Shown here: positions 37,094 through 46,500 of the stretch, one piece after another
How positions within the stretch are numbered: the first letter of the stretch is position 1
Layout: each line of letters starts with the position of its first letter
From: Gemmatimonadota bacterium
Lineage (GTDB): Bacteria; Gemmatimonadota; Gemmatimonadetes; JACCXV01; JAHWKZ01
Reading direction: 5' to 3'
DNA: 50,942 nt
Assembly: GCA_035687725.1 (NCBI GenBank)
Contig: DASRVB010000139.1
Coordinates: 1 to 50,942 of the forward strand
Translations under genes and position numbers: made by a program
The notes under the pieces: generated by a model
What the model was told of the DNA's origin: nothing
Seen by the model: the letters and a program-made list of their open reading frames with translations, nothing else
The model's database searches: none

Positions 37094-37123
37094 TTGCCTA
37101 CGAATGATCTTAAGGGCTAGAAT
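37094..37123 (+). promoter_or_regulatory. candidate sigma-70-like promoter of the cyclase-STAND gene
   Basis: TTGCCT (37094-37099), an 18-nt spacer, then TAGAAT (37118-37123), inside a short AT-rich patch in an otherwise GC-rich genome. Confidence 0.4.
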
Positions 37124-37141
37124 ATCAAGTATTTGGTAGAG

Positions 37142-40100
37142 ATGTCAACCTCCCGTCCCAGGTTCTGCACGGAGTGCGGTGCCGCGCTCCCCGAGGCTGC
37201 CAAATTCTGCCCCGAGTGTGGCACGAAAGCATTCCCGTCTGCAACTCCGCCGCAGTCGCCCGCCGAACCGGCCCAGCCCCTACTTCCCGAAATCCCGCCG
37301 GAACTCCGGTCGAAGTTCGAAGCCGCGCAGAAGGAGCTGCGGGGCGACCGCCGCGAAGTCGTGGTCCTGTTCGCGGATCTGAAGGGCTTCACGTCGATGT
37401 CCGAGCAGCTGGATCCCGAAGAGGTGAGCCTCATCATGCAGCGCCTGCTCGGCGAGCTCTCCGATGCGGTCCATCGCTATGAGGGCTACGTCGACAAGTA
37501 CATCGGCGACGCGATCATGGCGCTCTTCGGCGCGCCGCTGGCCCACGAGAACGACGCCGAGCGCGCCGTGCACGCGGCGCTCGACATGCTTCAGGTGGTC
37601 GCACGCCGGAACGAGGAGTCGGACCAGCCTCTCTCGCTCCGCGTGGGGCTCAATCTCGGCGACGTAGTGGCCGCGGACATGGGATCCGAGGGGCGCGTGC
37701 AGTACACCGTCATGGGCGACACGGTCAACGTCGCCTCCCGCCTCGAAGGCGCCGCCGATCCGGACTCGATCCTGATAAGCCACTCCGTCTACGAGAGAAT
37801 CGCGCACCGGTTCGACACCGAGGAAGTCCCCCCGGTAACCGTGAAGGGAAAGTCCGAGCCTCTCCGGGTATACCGCGTCTCCGGCTTGCGCGCCGCCGTC
37901 GACGATCGGGTCTCCAAACGGAGTCCCTTCGTCGGTCGTGACAAGGAGCTCGCTACCCTCGGCGTATTCCTGGATCGTATCGCCTCCGGCGAGGGCCAGG
38001 TGCTCATGATCGAGGCCGAGGCGGGGGCCGGAAAGAGCCGACTCATCGCCGAGGGAGTCGCGCGGTCGGAGGCGGAGGAGTCCGTATTCGAGATCGGCTT
38101 CAACCAGATCCAGATTCCCGGCCAGCTCTCCCCCGTCGCGGAGCTCTTCCGCCGTCTGCTCGCCCTGGGGCCGCAGGACTCGATCGGATCGGCGATCGAG
38201 CGGGCAATGAAGCTCCTGGAAGGGTATGCCGAGGAGCACAGGCATGGGATCTTCGGGCTGGCCCGACAGGCATTCCCTCTAGCTTTCGTCGACTCCGAGA
38301 CCGACGAGGCATCCGACCCGCGGGCGGCCCGCCAGAACCGCTGGATTGCCCTGGCCGCCCTGATCGCAGCCTGCGCAGCACGAAATCCGACCGTGATCGT
38401 CATCGAGGACGTGCACTGGGCCGACGAAGAGGGGCAGGAGTTCCTCGCATACCTCATCCCCGCCCTGGCGCGCAAGCCTGTCGGCTTCATCCTCACCGCC
38501 CGGATGGGTGGCCGACCCGACTGGCTGATGCCGGAGGCCACGACTCTGCGCCTGGAGGCGCTGGGCGAGGATGCCGCCCAGGCGATCCTCGGCGGATTGC
38601 TCGACACGATGCGGCCTTCCGTGCGCCGCGAGATCCTGCGGAGAAGCCAGGGCAATCCGCTCTACCTGGAGGAGCTGGCGCGCTCGCTGTCCGCGAGCGT
38701 CGAAGACACCGCGCAGTCCGTGCCGGGAACTGTCCAGGGCCTTCTGCAGTCCCGCATCGATCGGCTCGAGTCTCCGGTGCGACTTGCCATCCAGATGGCC
38801 TCGGTGCTGGGAACCCAGTTCCCCGTCGGGCTTCTTCATCGCATGTACGCCCTGGATCCTCAACCCGTTCCGTTCGACTCGGTCCTTTCCTGTCTCGAGG
38901 AGCAGTCATTCATCGAGGCGACGGATACGGAGGACGTTCGACGTTTTCGACATGCCCTGATGCAAGAGGTTGCCTACGGCGGAATTCTACAGAGACTGCG
39001 GAAGATCCTTCATGAATCCGCCGCGCAGCTGGGCGAAGAGCACTACGCCGATCGGGTGCAGTCCGAGGCCCCGTTCTTCGCACACCACTACTGGGAAGCC
39101 GATCTTCGCGAACGGGCGGCGCCGCACCTTTTCCGGGCTGCGATGAAAGCAGCGGGTCAATACGACCTCCCCGGCGCGGAACGATGGTTCGGGCAGCTCT
39201 CGACGGTCCTCGCAGACCACGCCGAGGTCCTTCCAGAGCTGTCCGATCGAGCTTCCGTGATGATCCAGTACGGGGCTGTATTGCTAGACCGTGGCCATTA
39301 TGATGCCGCTGATGCCCAGTTCGAGCGGCTGGAGGCACTGGGATCGGAACGGAAGCGCGACGAGTGGGTGGGGCAGGCATTGCGATTTCGTGGGCAGATC
39401 GCAGCCCTCCGCGGCCAGCTGGGCGACTCCCGCGTGTTGTTCGAGAGTGGTTTGGAACGCGTTCCTCGAACGGAAGAAAAGATCACGGCCGATCTCCATA
39501 CGGCCCTTGGCAGCGTTCTCTACTACAGCTCCGACGCAAGCGGAGCCCTGTCCGAGTTCGAGACAGCCCTCGGTCTCTACGAGCGCCTGGATGACCGCCT
39601 CGGCAAGGCGAAATGCTACATGAACATGGGCAATGTCCTGGATGATCTCAGAAATGATCGCACGGCAGCCGAGTCGTCGTATGAAAAGGCACTTGCGCTG
39701 ATCGAGGAAGTCGGGGACCGACGTTTGAAAACGGGGGTCTTGCTCAATCTCGGAACGCTGGCGCTAGGACGCGGGGACTATGACGACGCGCTCGCGCGCT
39801 TTCTCCACGTGGAAGCCGTGGCCGAGGAGATCGGATGGTCATATATGCGGTTCTTGAGCTTGCAGAATCAGGCCAGCTGCAGACTCTCGCTGGGCCAGAT
39901 AGGCAGGGCCATCAGCCTGCTGGAGACATGCATCCGCGAGGGAGAGACGATCCTGAGAGGCGACGACCGGATACGCGTGCGTGTGCTTTTGTTCGAAGCC
40001 TACCTGGCCGCTCTCGATGTCGACCAGGCCCGGGAGAGGCTGGCAGAAGCCCGGCGAGTGGCAGCCGAAATCGGGATGGAAGAGTTGGAAGATATCCTCC

Positions 40101-40612
40101 TGGTCTGCGATGGCCGGCTCCTGGTGGCGGGCAACCATTGGATCGAGGCGTCGCGGGCGTTTTCCAATGCGCTGGAGACTGCGACCCGACTGGGACACCC
40201 GGCGGTCCAGCCGGTAGTTCGTGCGCATCTCTTCAGGGCGAGATACAGGCTCGGGGAATACGCCGAGCCCCCCTCCTTGGAGGATGTGGATCAGAACCCG
40301 GATCGCGCGCTGATCGTGTACCTGACGGCGGAAGGAGACGCTGCCCGGAAATCCTCCAGGGAAGCGGCACAGAAGCTCGAGGAGGCCGGCCAACTGGCAG
40401 GCGACCTCGGGGTCGTGGCTCTGGAACGGGCCGCCTTCGAGCGTGCAGCAGAGGTCTGGGAAGCGTTGGGAGAGGAAGAAGCTCGAAGTGCGGCCTTGCG
40501 TCGGGCAGCGGTCGCCATGTCGTCTCTCGAGGCCAATCTGCCGAACGATCTGCGCGAAGCCTTCACCGCCCACCCGAAGAACGAAGCCCTGCGGACGCTG
40601 GTGCCCGCCTGA
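37142..40612 (+). CDS. zinc-ribbon / class III adenylate-guanylate cyclase / STAND (AAA_16-type) ATPase / TPR protein (paralog A)
   Basis: RFCTECGAALPEAAKFCPECG. Cyclase motifs VVVLFADLKGFT, YIGDAIMALFGAP and MGDTVNVASRLEG. Walker A EAEAGAGKSRL. A long helical-repeat C-terminal half. ATG at 37142 (alternative TTG at 37133). Confidence 0.9.
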   Translation: MSTSRPRFCTECGAALPEAAKFCPECGTKAFPSATPPQSPAEPAQPLLPEIPPELRSKFEAAQKELRGDRREVVVLFADLKGFTSMSEQLDPEEVSLIMQRLLGELSDAVHRYEGYVDKYIGDAIMALFGAPLAHENDAERAVHAALDMLQVVARRNEESDQPLSLRVGLNLGDVVAADMGSEGRVQYTVMGDTVNVASRLEGAADPDSILISHSVYERIAHRFDTEEVPPVTVKGKSEPLRVYRVSGLRAAVDDRVSKRSPFVGRDKELATLGVFLDRIASGEGQVLMIEAEAGAGKSRLIAEGVARSEAEESVFEIGFNQIQIPGQLSPVAELFRRLLALGPQDSIGSAIERAMKLLEGYAEEHRHGIFGLARQAFPLAFVDSETDEASDPRAARQNRWIALAALIAACAARNPTVIVIEDVHWADEEGQEFLAYLIPALARKPVGFILTARMGGRPDWLMPEATTLRLEALGEDAAQAILGGLLDTMRPSVRREILRRSQGNPLYLEELARSLSASVEDTAQSVPGTVQGLLQSRIDRLESPVRLAIQMASVLGTQFPVGLLHRMYALDPQPVPFDSVLSCLEEQSFIEATDTEDVRRFRHALMQEVAYGGILQRLRKILHESAAQLGEEHYADRVQSEAPFFAHHYWEADLRERAAPHLFRAAMKAAGQYDLPGAERWFGQLSTVLADHAEVLPELSDRASVMIQYGAVLLDRGHYDAADAQFERLEALGSERKRDEWVGQALRFRGQIAALRGQLGDSRVLFESGLERVPRTEEKITADLHTALGSVLYYSSDASGALSEFETALGLYERLDDRLGKAKCYMNMGNVLDDLRNDRTAAESSYEKALALIEEVGDRRLKTGVLLNLGTLALGRGDYDDALARFLHVEAVAEEIGWSYMRFLSLQNQASCRLSLGQIGRAISLLETCIREGETILRGDDRIRVRVLLFEAYLAALDVDQARERLAEARRVAAEIGMEELEDILLVCDGRLLVAGNHWIEASRAFSNALETATRLGHPAVQPVVRAHLFRARYRLGEYAEPPSLEDVDQNPDRALIVYLTAEGDAARKSSREAAQKLEEAGQLAGDLGVVALERAAFERAAEVWEALGEEEARSAALRRAAVAMSSLEANLPNDLREAFTAHPKNEALRTLVPA

Positions 40613-40615
40613 CGA

Positions 40616-41182
40616 TCAGTCGCCGGCGTCGACAGGACCGTCGAAGAGCTTGATCACCGGGATCACGATCCAGCGGCCCGACATCCCTGCCTCGCGCACG
40701 AAGCTCTCCCCCGCGTCGAAATCCAGGACCAGCAGCTCTTCCGGATCGACCAGGTCCAGCTCCCGGCCCTGAAGGACGACCTTGAAGCCCGACGTCGAGC
40801 AGCTCGGGCACATCAGCTCACCCGCGATCGGCCCCTCACCCGGCGGCTCGAACCCGTCGGTGGCGAAGATCTCCCCGCTCTCCAGCATGATCGCCGCCCC
40901 ATCGAGGACGACCCGCAACTGCCCGTAGCGCCCCGCTGGGACTACCACGTCACCGGCGATCTCCTGTGCGCTGTCGATCAGCTCGAGGAGGTCGATGGGA
41001 CCGGTCGGGCCGTTGAACAGGATCACCCGCCCGCCGGCACCATCCTCGTCGCCTTCTCCGCCCTGCAGGTAGATCTCCGCTATGTCGACCCAGGCATGCG
41101 CGATGTCGCCGGGAGCGTCCGTGAGAAGCACGGTGACGGACGTCGGATCCGGCACGCCACCCGGCCCTCCGCGTCGTCGCAT
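40616..41182 (-). CDS. DUF4382-domain protein (body only; the signal peptide seems to lie in another frame upstream)
   Basis: VTVLLTDAPGDIAHAWVDIAEIYLQ...IDLLEL...PAGRYGQLRVVL...CPSCSTSGFKVVL...LVLDFDAGESFV matches the DUF4382 pattern. Read from the ATG at 41182, the protein has no signal peptide. Confidence 0.75.
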   Translation of the reverse strand: MRRRGGPGGVPDPTSVTVLLTDAPGDIAHAWVDIAEIYLQGGEGDEDGAGGRVILFNGPTGPIDLLELIDSAQEIAGDVVVPAGRYGQLRVVLDGAAIMLESGEIFATDGFEPPGEGPIAGELMCPSCSTSGFKVVLQGRELDLVDPEELLVLDFDAGESFVREAGMSGRWIVIPVIKLFDGPVDAGD

Positions 41183-41271
41183 CCCACGAACGCGATCGCG
41201 GCAGTCGTCGCCCACACCGCGAGGCCTCGGAGCCGTCGTATCCGCTGCGACCCGAACTCCATCACCGCCCT

Positions 41272-43206
41272 CTACCGCCCGCGGACGATCCCCATCATCA
41301 CCGTTTCGTAGTGCATCCCCTTGATCGAAAGCTCGAACGCCTTCACGAGATATACACCGGGAAACCGGTGGGCGCGGCGCGCATAGCTGTAGAACTCGCG
41401 GTTGAGCACGTACAGCAGCTCGGCGTCCTCGCGCGCGACCCGGCGCGCCTCCAGTCCCTCGCGCATCCGCTCGACGATCCCCCCCACGTCGTCGAGCGAC
41501 CACTCCGGCCGCGCTCGAACGAGGGCGTCGCGCGCGCGCTCGATCATCGCCGCCAGCTCCCGCGCCCGATCCTCATTGAGGTGGAGGGTGCGCGCCTCGC
41601 CGGCCAAGGCCGCGAGCCTCCGCTTGAGATCCGCGGCCGCCCGTCCTGCGGCGCGATAGCGAGCCAGGTCGCTCCTCGCGGCCTTCCACAAGAGGCGCAG
41701 GTACTCGCGCCGCTCCCTCGATATCACTCCCTGCTTCCACAGCGACCGCAGCGCGGCCTTGACGTCGCTGCCCGAGACGTGCTGCCCGCGGAAGATGTGG
41801 GGGTTCAGTCGGTCGATGAGGTCGCTCGCCCGGTGGTAGATCTCCCCCGGGCCGAAGAGGCTCTCGAGGATGCGATGGTAGTTCGTCTTCATCGCTTCCG
41901 GAGTCATGTGCTTGGGAATCAGCTGCACGTCGTCGTCGGAGTTGTTTCCGGAGAACTCGCTCTCCAAGAGCCTCCCCTCCTCGCGCAGGCGCTCCGCCAG
42001 CGGGGTATGCGGAATGGGTGTCAGCATTCCGGTCATTGCGGTGGGGATCGCGACCTTCTTGGCGAAGTCGGCGATCGCGTCGGCCGTCGCGGGTGTATCC
42101 TCGTCACCGCCGAAGATGAACCCGGCCATGACTTCGATCCCCGCGTCCTGGATCAGCCCCACCGTATCGGCGATGTCGACCTTGAGGTTCTGCTTCTTGT
42201 TCATGTTCTTCAGCGCCGTCGGATCGGGGTTCTCGATCCCCAGGAACACCTCGTTGAAGCCGGCCTGCTTCATGAGCGGCAGCAGGTGTTGGAGCTTCGG
42301 GCTTCCGAGATCCAGGCTCGCCTGCGTGTAGAACGAGAACGGGTAGTCGTGCTCGCGCTGGAAGCGGATCATCTCTTCGAGGATTCCCTCGATGGCATCG
42401 GGGTTCCCGACGAAGTTGTCGTCCACCGTGAAGATCCCGCCGCGATGCCCGAGGTCGTAGATGATCCTGAGCTCGTCGCGGACGGACTGCAGGGTCTTGG
42501 GGCGCGTGAACCCGCCGTTGAACTGGATGATGTCGCAGAAGTCGCAGCGGAATCGGCAGCCGACCGTCGTCTGCCCCATCAGCGCGCGATAGTTGCCGAT
42601 GTCCACGAGGTCCCAGCGTGGTGGTGGAGTGTAATCCAGCTCGCGGAAGATCGAGCGATCGTTCAGGACCTTGCGCGACCCCGGTGGCTCGGCAGCGATC
42701 GCATCGGGGATCAGAAGCACCGGCCGGCCCGTGCGATGACGGCCGAGCTCCGGGTCGTCGAGGATCCGGCAGATGGCATCGACCCACTGCCCGCCTTCGC
42801 CCCACACCAGGACGTCCAGGCCCTCGTTCAGGACGGCGTCCGACGGGGTGTGAGGATCGAGCAGGTGATCGCGATAGGAAGATGGATAGGGCCCGCCAAG
42901 AACCCACGGCGTATCGAGACCCTTCGCGGGACCGCTCACGAGCTCGACGAGCGACGGCTTCTGGACCGACATGGCTCCTGTGAACACGGCGTCCGCGTCG
43001 GCGATCCGGTCCCTGAGCTCTTCGTCCGGGAGTCGTTCGACGTTGAGATCGATGAGCTCGAACTGCCAGTTGTCGGGCATGAAAGCGGCGAACGTGATCA
43101 GGCCGAGAGGCGGGAAGGCGGCCTTCCTGCCGATCATCGGCATGATGTAGCGATAGCTCCAGAACGAATTCGGCGGGAATTCGGGGGCGATCAGGAGCCC
43201 CTTCAT
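41272..43206 (-). CDS. B12-binding-domain radical SAM protein with a DUF4070-like C-terminal extension
   Basis: From the Met at 43206: MKGLLIAPEFPPNSFWS...PPLGLITFAAFMP (B12-binding-like N-domain), GCRFRCDFCD (CxxxCxxC), FLGIENPDPTALKNMNKKQN, and a long helical C-terminal region. Confidence 0.85.
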   Translation of the reverse strand: MKGLLIAPEFPPNSFWSYRYIMPMIGRKAAFPPLGLITFAAFMPDNWQFELIDLNVERLPDEELRDRIADADAVFTGAMSVQKPSLVELVSGPAKGLDTPWVLGGPYPSSYRDHLLDPHTPSDAVLNEGLDVLVWGEGGQWVDAICRILDDPELGRHRTGRPVLLIPDAIAAEPPGSRKVLNDRSIFRELDYTPPPRWDLVDIGNYRALMGQTTVGCRFRCDFCDIIQFNGGFTRPKTLQSVRDELRIIYDLGHRGGIFTVDDNFVGNPDAIEGILEEMIRFQREHDYPFSFYTQASLDLGSPKLQHLLPLMKQAGFNEVFLGIENPDPTALKNMNKKQNLKVDIADTVGLIQDAGIEVMAGFIFGGDEDTPATADAIADFAKKVAIPTAMTGMLTPIPHTPLAERLREEGRLLESEFSGNNSDDDVQLIPKHMTPEAMKTNYHRILESLFGPGEIYHRASDLIDRLNPHIFRGQHVSGSDVKAALRSLWKQGVISRERREYLRLLWKAARSDLARYRAAGRAAADLKRRLAALAGEARTLHLNEDRARELAAMIERARDALVRARPEWSLDDVGGIVERMREGLEARRVAREDAELLYVLNREFYSYARRAHRFPGVYLVKAFELSIKGMHYETVMMGIVRGR

Positions 43207-43313
43207 CGGTCGATCCGAAACAGGATTCGGTAACCGGCCTTGCGACGGAACCGGCTGTAAGCCCTCTATCTCGAGTAGCTGCATCCCGAGAACATCACCC
43301 GCCGTCGGTCCCG

Positions 43314-43361
43314 CCGCAAGGTACGACCCGTCATAGCGCTATGACACGACCTGTCTTGCGG
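43314..43361. promoter_or_regulatory. nested dyad element with a perfect 16-bp palindrome
   Basis: CCGCAAG-gt-ACGACC-c-GTCATAGCGCTATGAC-ACGACC-tgt-CTTGCGG. The outer 7-nt arms are 43314-43320 and 43355-43361; the inner palindrome is 43330-43345. It lies about 124 nt upstream of the radical SAM start. Confidence 0.4.
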
Positions 43362-43558
43362 TCGAGGAAATAGCCCGCGCCGAGGTACACGAACCTTCGC
43401 TCGGAGGCTTCCCTCCCGCGATCCTCTTCCTTTCGCGTATTCCTTCGCATTCGAGCCCACCTCCCTATCCGCAGCCCGCATACACTTCCTATCCTATCCG
43501 GCAAATCCCCTTCCTGCTGTTCGGGATCGAACGCGGTTCGATGCCTTACGACGGCGCC

Positions 43559-46500
43559 CTACAGATAGCCGGGTTCACGGGCCCGCGCAGCAGCCTCACG
43601 TACGCGTGCGTAAGCCAGGTCCCTGTCGCCTGCGTCGGCCGCCGCGACGGCTTCCCCCAGGGCCTCCCGCACGGGTTCGGTGGCGGGCTGGACCTCCGGT
43701 GCGAGCAGCGAGCGCGCGAGCCCGACAGCGCGCTCGAGATCCCCCTCCTCCAGGCTGACGGCGAGCAGGGGCCAGGTCACGATCCAGGCGAGGACGCGAT
43801 ACGCCCCGCCCATCTTCTCCCCTTCCTCGTGAGCCCGGCGGGCTCGATCGGCGGCCTCCGGGAGATTCCCCTCCCTGAGAGCCGCCCACGCCAGATGCGA
43901 CTCGGCCGCGGCTACGTACTCGGCCATGCCGCTCGCCGCCCCCGCTTCGAGTGTGCGATACGCCCAGCGCCGAGCTCCAGCGACATCCCCGCGCTTGCGA
44001 TGGATCAGCGCGATGTAGGCAATGCAACGGGACTGGAGCGTCGCGTATCCCACTCGCTCGGCCTCGGCCAGGAGCTCGCGCAGGTGGCGCTCCGACTCGT
44101 CCAGCCGATCCGCCCACAGGAGGCTGAAGGCGTAGACGAAGCGTACGTCCGCGACTTCGAGCCTCGGTTCGACGTCGAATGTCGCATCGAAGCCCGCGCG
44201 CGCGTGCTCGACGGTCTTCGCCGACGCCACGTACCGTTCGCGCCGCAGCCCGAGCAGCGCCATGGAATTGAACAGGAGCGCGCGTTGAAGCGCCGTGCCC
44301 CGCGCTTCCACGACCGGCGCCGAGCGCTCGATCTGCTCGGCCAGGACGTCCGCCGTCGACGTGAAGTACTGGAGCATGATCCTGCCGAGCTCGATCGCCG
44401 CGCGCTCCTCGTTCCACTCCGGCGAGGGATCTGCGGGCGGCTCACCCAGCTCCTCCACCGCGCGATCGAAGAACGCGAGGGCTTCTTCCCGGCGCCGCTG
44501 GATCTGTCGGCTGCTGCCGGCCTTTCGCATCAGGCGCCCGCGTGCGAGGCGCTCCTCCGGCGGCCGGTCCGCGAGCGCCCGCTCGAAGGATTCGACCGCC
44601 TCGTCGTGGCTCCCGCCGAGCTCGAGCACGTCACCGATCGATTCCCGGATCCGTGTCCGCAGATCACGCGCGCTGTCGTCGTCGGTCAGCGTAGCCAGCC
44701 GCTCGAGCGCGCGGCGAAACGCCTGCAGGGCTTCCTCGTTCAGGTGCGCGCGGCGCGATTTCTCGCCGGCCCGGAACAGGTACGTGGCCGCTCGAGCGGC
44801 GTCGTCCGTTCGGTCGTAGTGGTAGGCCAGACGCTCCACGTGCTCCTCCAGCCGGTCGGCGTACAGCTCCTCGATCGCCTGGGCGGCGGCGAGGTGTAGC
44901 GCGCCGCGACGCTTTTTGAGGAGGCTCTTGTAGACGGTGTCCCGCGTGAAGACGTGCTTGAAGGAGTACTCCTCCTCGGGAACCACGCGATCCAGAAACA
45001 CGAGATCGTGCTGCTCGAGCTGCCACAGGGCGCGGTCGAGATCCAGCTCGGCGCCGACCATCTCGTCCAGGAGATTCTTCGAGAACACTCTGCCGATCAC
45101 GGCCGCCGACTGGAGCGCGCGCCTCGGTTCGTCGTCGATCCTGTCTACGCGGGACTGGATGATGCTCTGGACGGTCGTGGGCACGTCGTCGACTCGCAGG
45201 CGATCGGCCACCGCGACCCCCCTCTCGCCGACCGCGATCTGTTCGGACGCCAGGAGCGATCGCAGGACTTCCTCGACGAACAGGGGATTCCCCTGAGCCT
45301 TCTCGAGGATGGCGCCGAGCGCCGATGAGGGAAACTCTTCGGTCCCGAGGAGCGCCAGCACGAGGCGCCGCGTCTCCGTCTCGTCCAGCGGTCGCAGGCG
45401 GAGCTCGGCATATCGACCCCGCGCGTGCCGCTCGATGAGCGGGACCAGGTGCCTGGAGGCATGTTCCTGAACGGGGCGCTGCACGCAGACGAGAACCGAG
45501 CGCGAGCCGGACAACCCCTCGACCAGCCGGGGCACGAGCTCGAGCGTCAGGCTGTCCGCCCAGTGGAGGTCGTCGAGCACGAGGACGATGGGATGCCTGT
45601 CGGCGAGAGCCCGCAGGTACTCGACGACGGCGAGGAAGGTCCGCGCCTTGACCTGCTGGGGCGGCAGGTCGCCGAAGTCGAGCGCGCGTGGATCGGGGAT
45701 CGAGAGGAGGTTGAGGATCGGCACCAGGACCTCGTCGATCCGCTCGGCGGCCAGTGCGTCGCCGGCCAGCCCCGAGATCTCCTCGGCCACCGGCTCGACC
45801 CTCGCGGCGACTCCGGCGCCCGGCGGGAACCGCTCCCTCAAGAGGTCCACGATCGGGGCATAGCTCGTCGAGGCGCTCGACTCCAGGCAGCGGCCCTCGA
45901 GCCACAGCCACCCGCCGTTGCCGTTCGGACCGAGCGCGAGCCTTCGGACCTCGGTCAGGAGTCTCGACTTTCCGACACCGGCCTCGCCGATCACCGTCAC
46001 CGCCTGCCCGGCGCCGGCGCGCGCTTTCCCGATGGCGTCGGAAAGCCTGCCGAGCTCCTCGTCGCGGCCGATCAGCGCCGCGCGCAGACCCTCCACGCCG
46101 CGTGCGACCTCCGGACGTGGCCGCTGCCGGAGCGCGGCCCACGCCGCGACGGGCTCGGCCAGCCCTTTGATGCGGGTCTCCCGCGGCTCGAAGTCGAATG
46201 CTCGCCGTGCGATCCGCCACGCGCTCTCCCCCACCAGCACCTCTCCGGGCTCGCACCGTCCCTGAAGCCTCGCCGCGAGGTTGACCGCCGGGCCCATCGC
46301 CGTGAGCTCGCGGTGGACGTCCGAGCCCACCCGGCCCACGTACGCGTCTCCGGTATTGATCCCGGCGGTGATCTCGAATCCCCGGGTGCGGGCTGCGTCC
46401 CGCATCTCGAGCGCCGCCCGGATCGCCCGGACGGGATCGTCCTCGTTCGCCCGCGGAACCCCGAAGAGCGCGAGGATCCCGTCGCCGAGATAGCGGTCGA

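Noticed and set aside
43266-43481. 71-aa ORF upstream of the radical SAM gene, considered as a possible RiPP precursor peptide.
   Set aside because: GC3 is only about 60%, versus about 90% in real genes here. There is no SD. The sequence is Arg-rich without a leader/core-like organisation. It also overlaps the palindrome and the GGA tract, which are better explained as RNA or DNA elements.
43207-43558. Cobalamin riboswitch upstream of the B12-binding radical SAM gene.
   Set aside because: I could not find the conserved B12-box core (GCCACTG) or the usual flanking conserved blocks on the minus strand. A covariance-model scan would be needed to exclude it formally.
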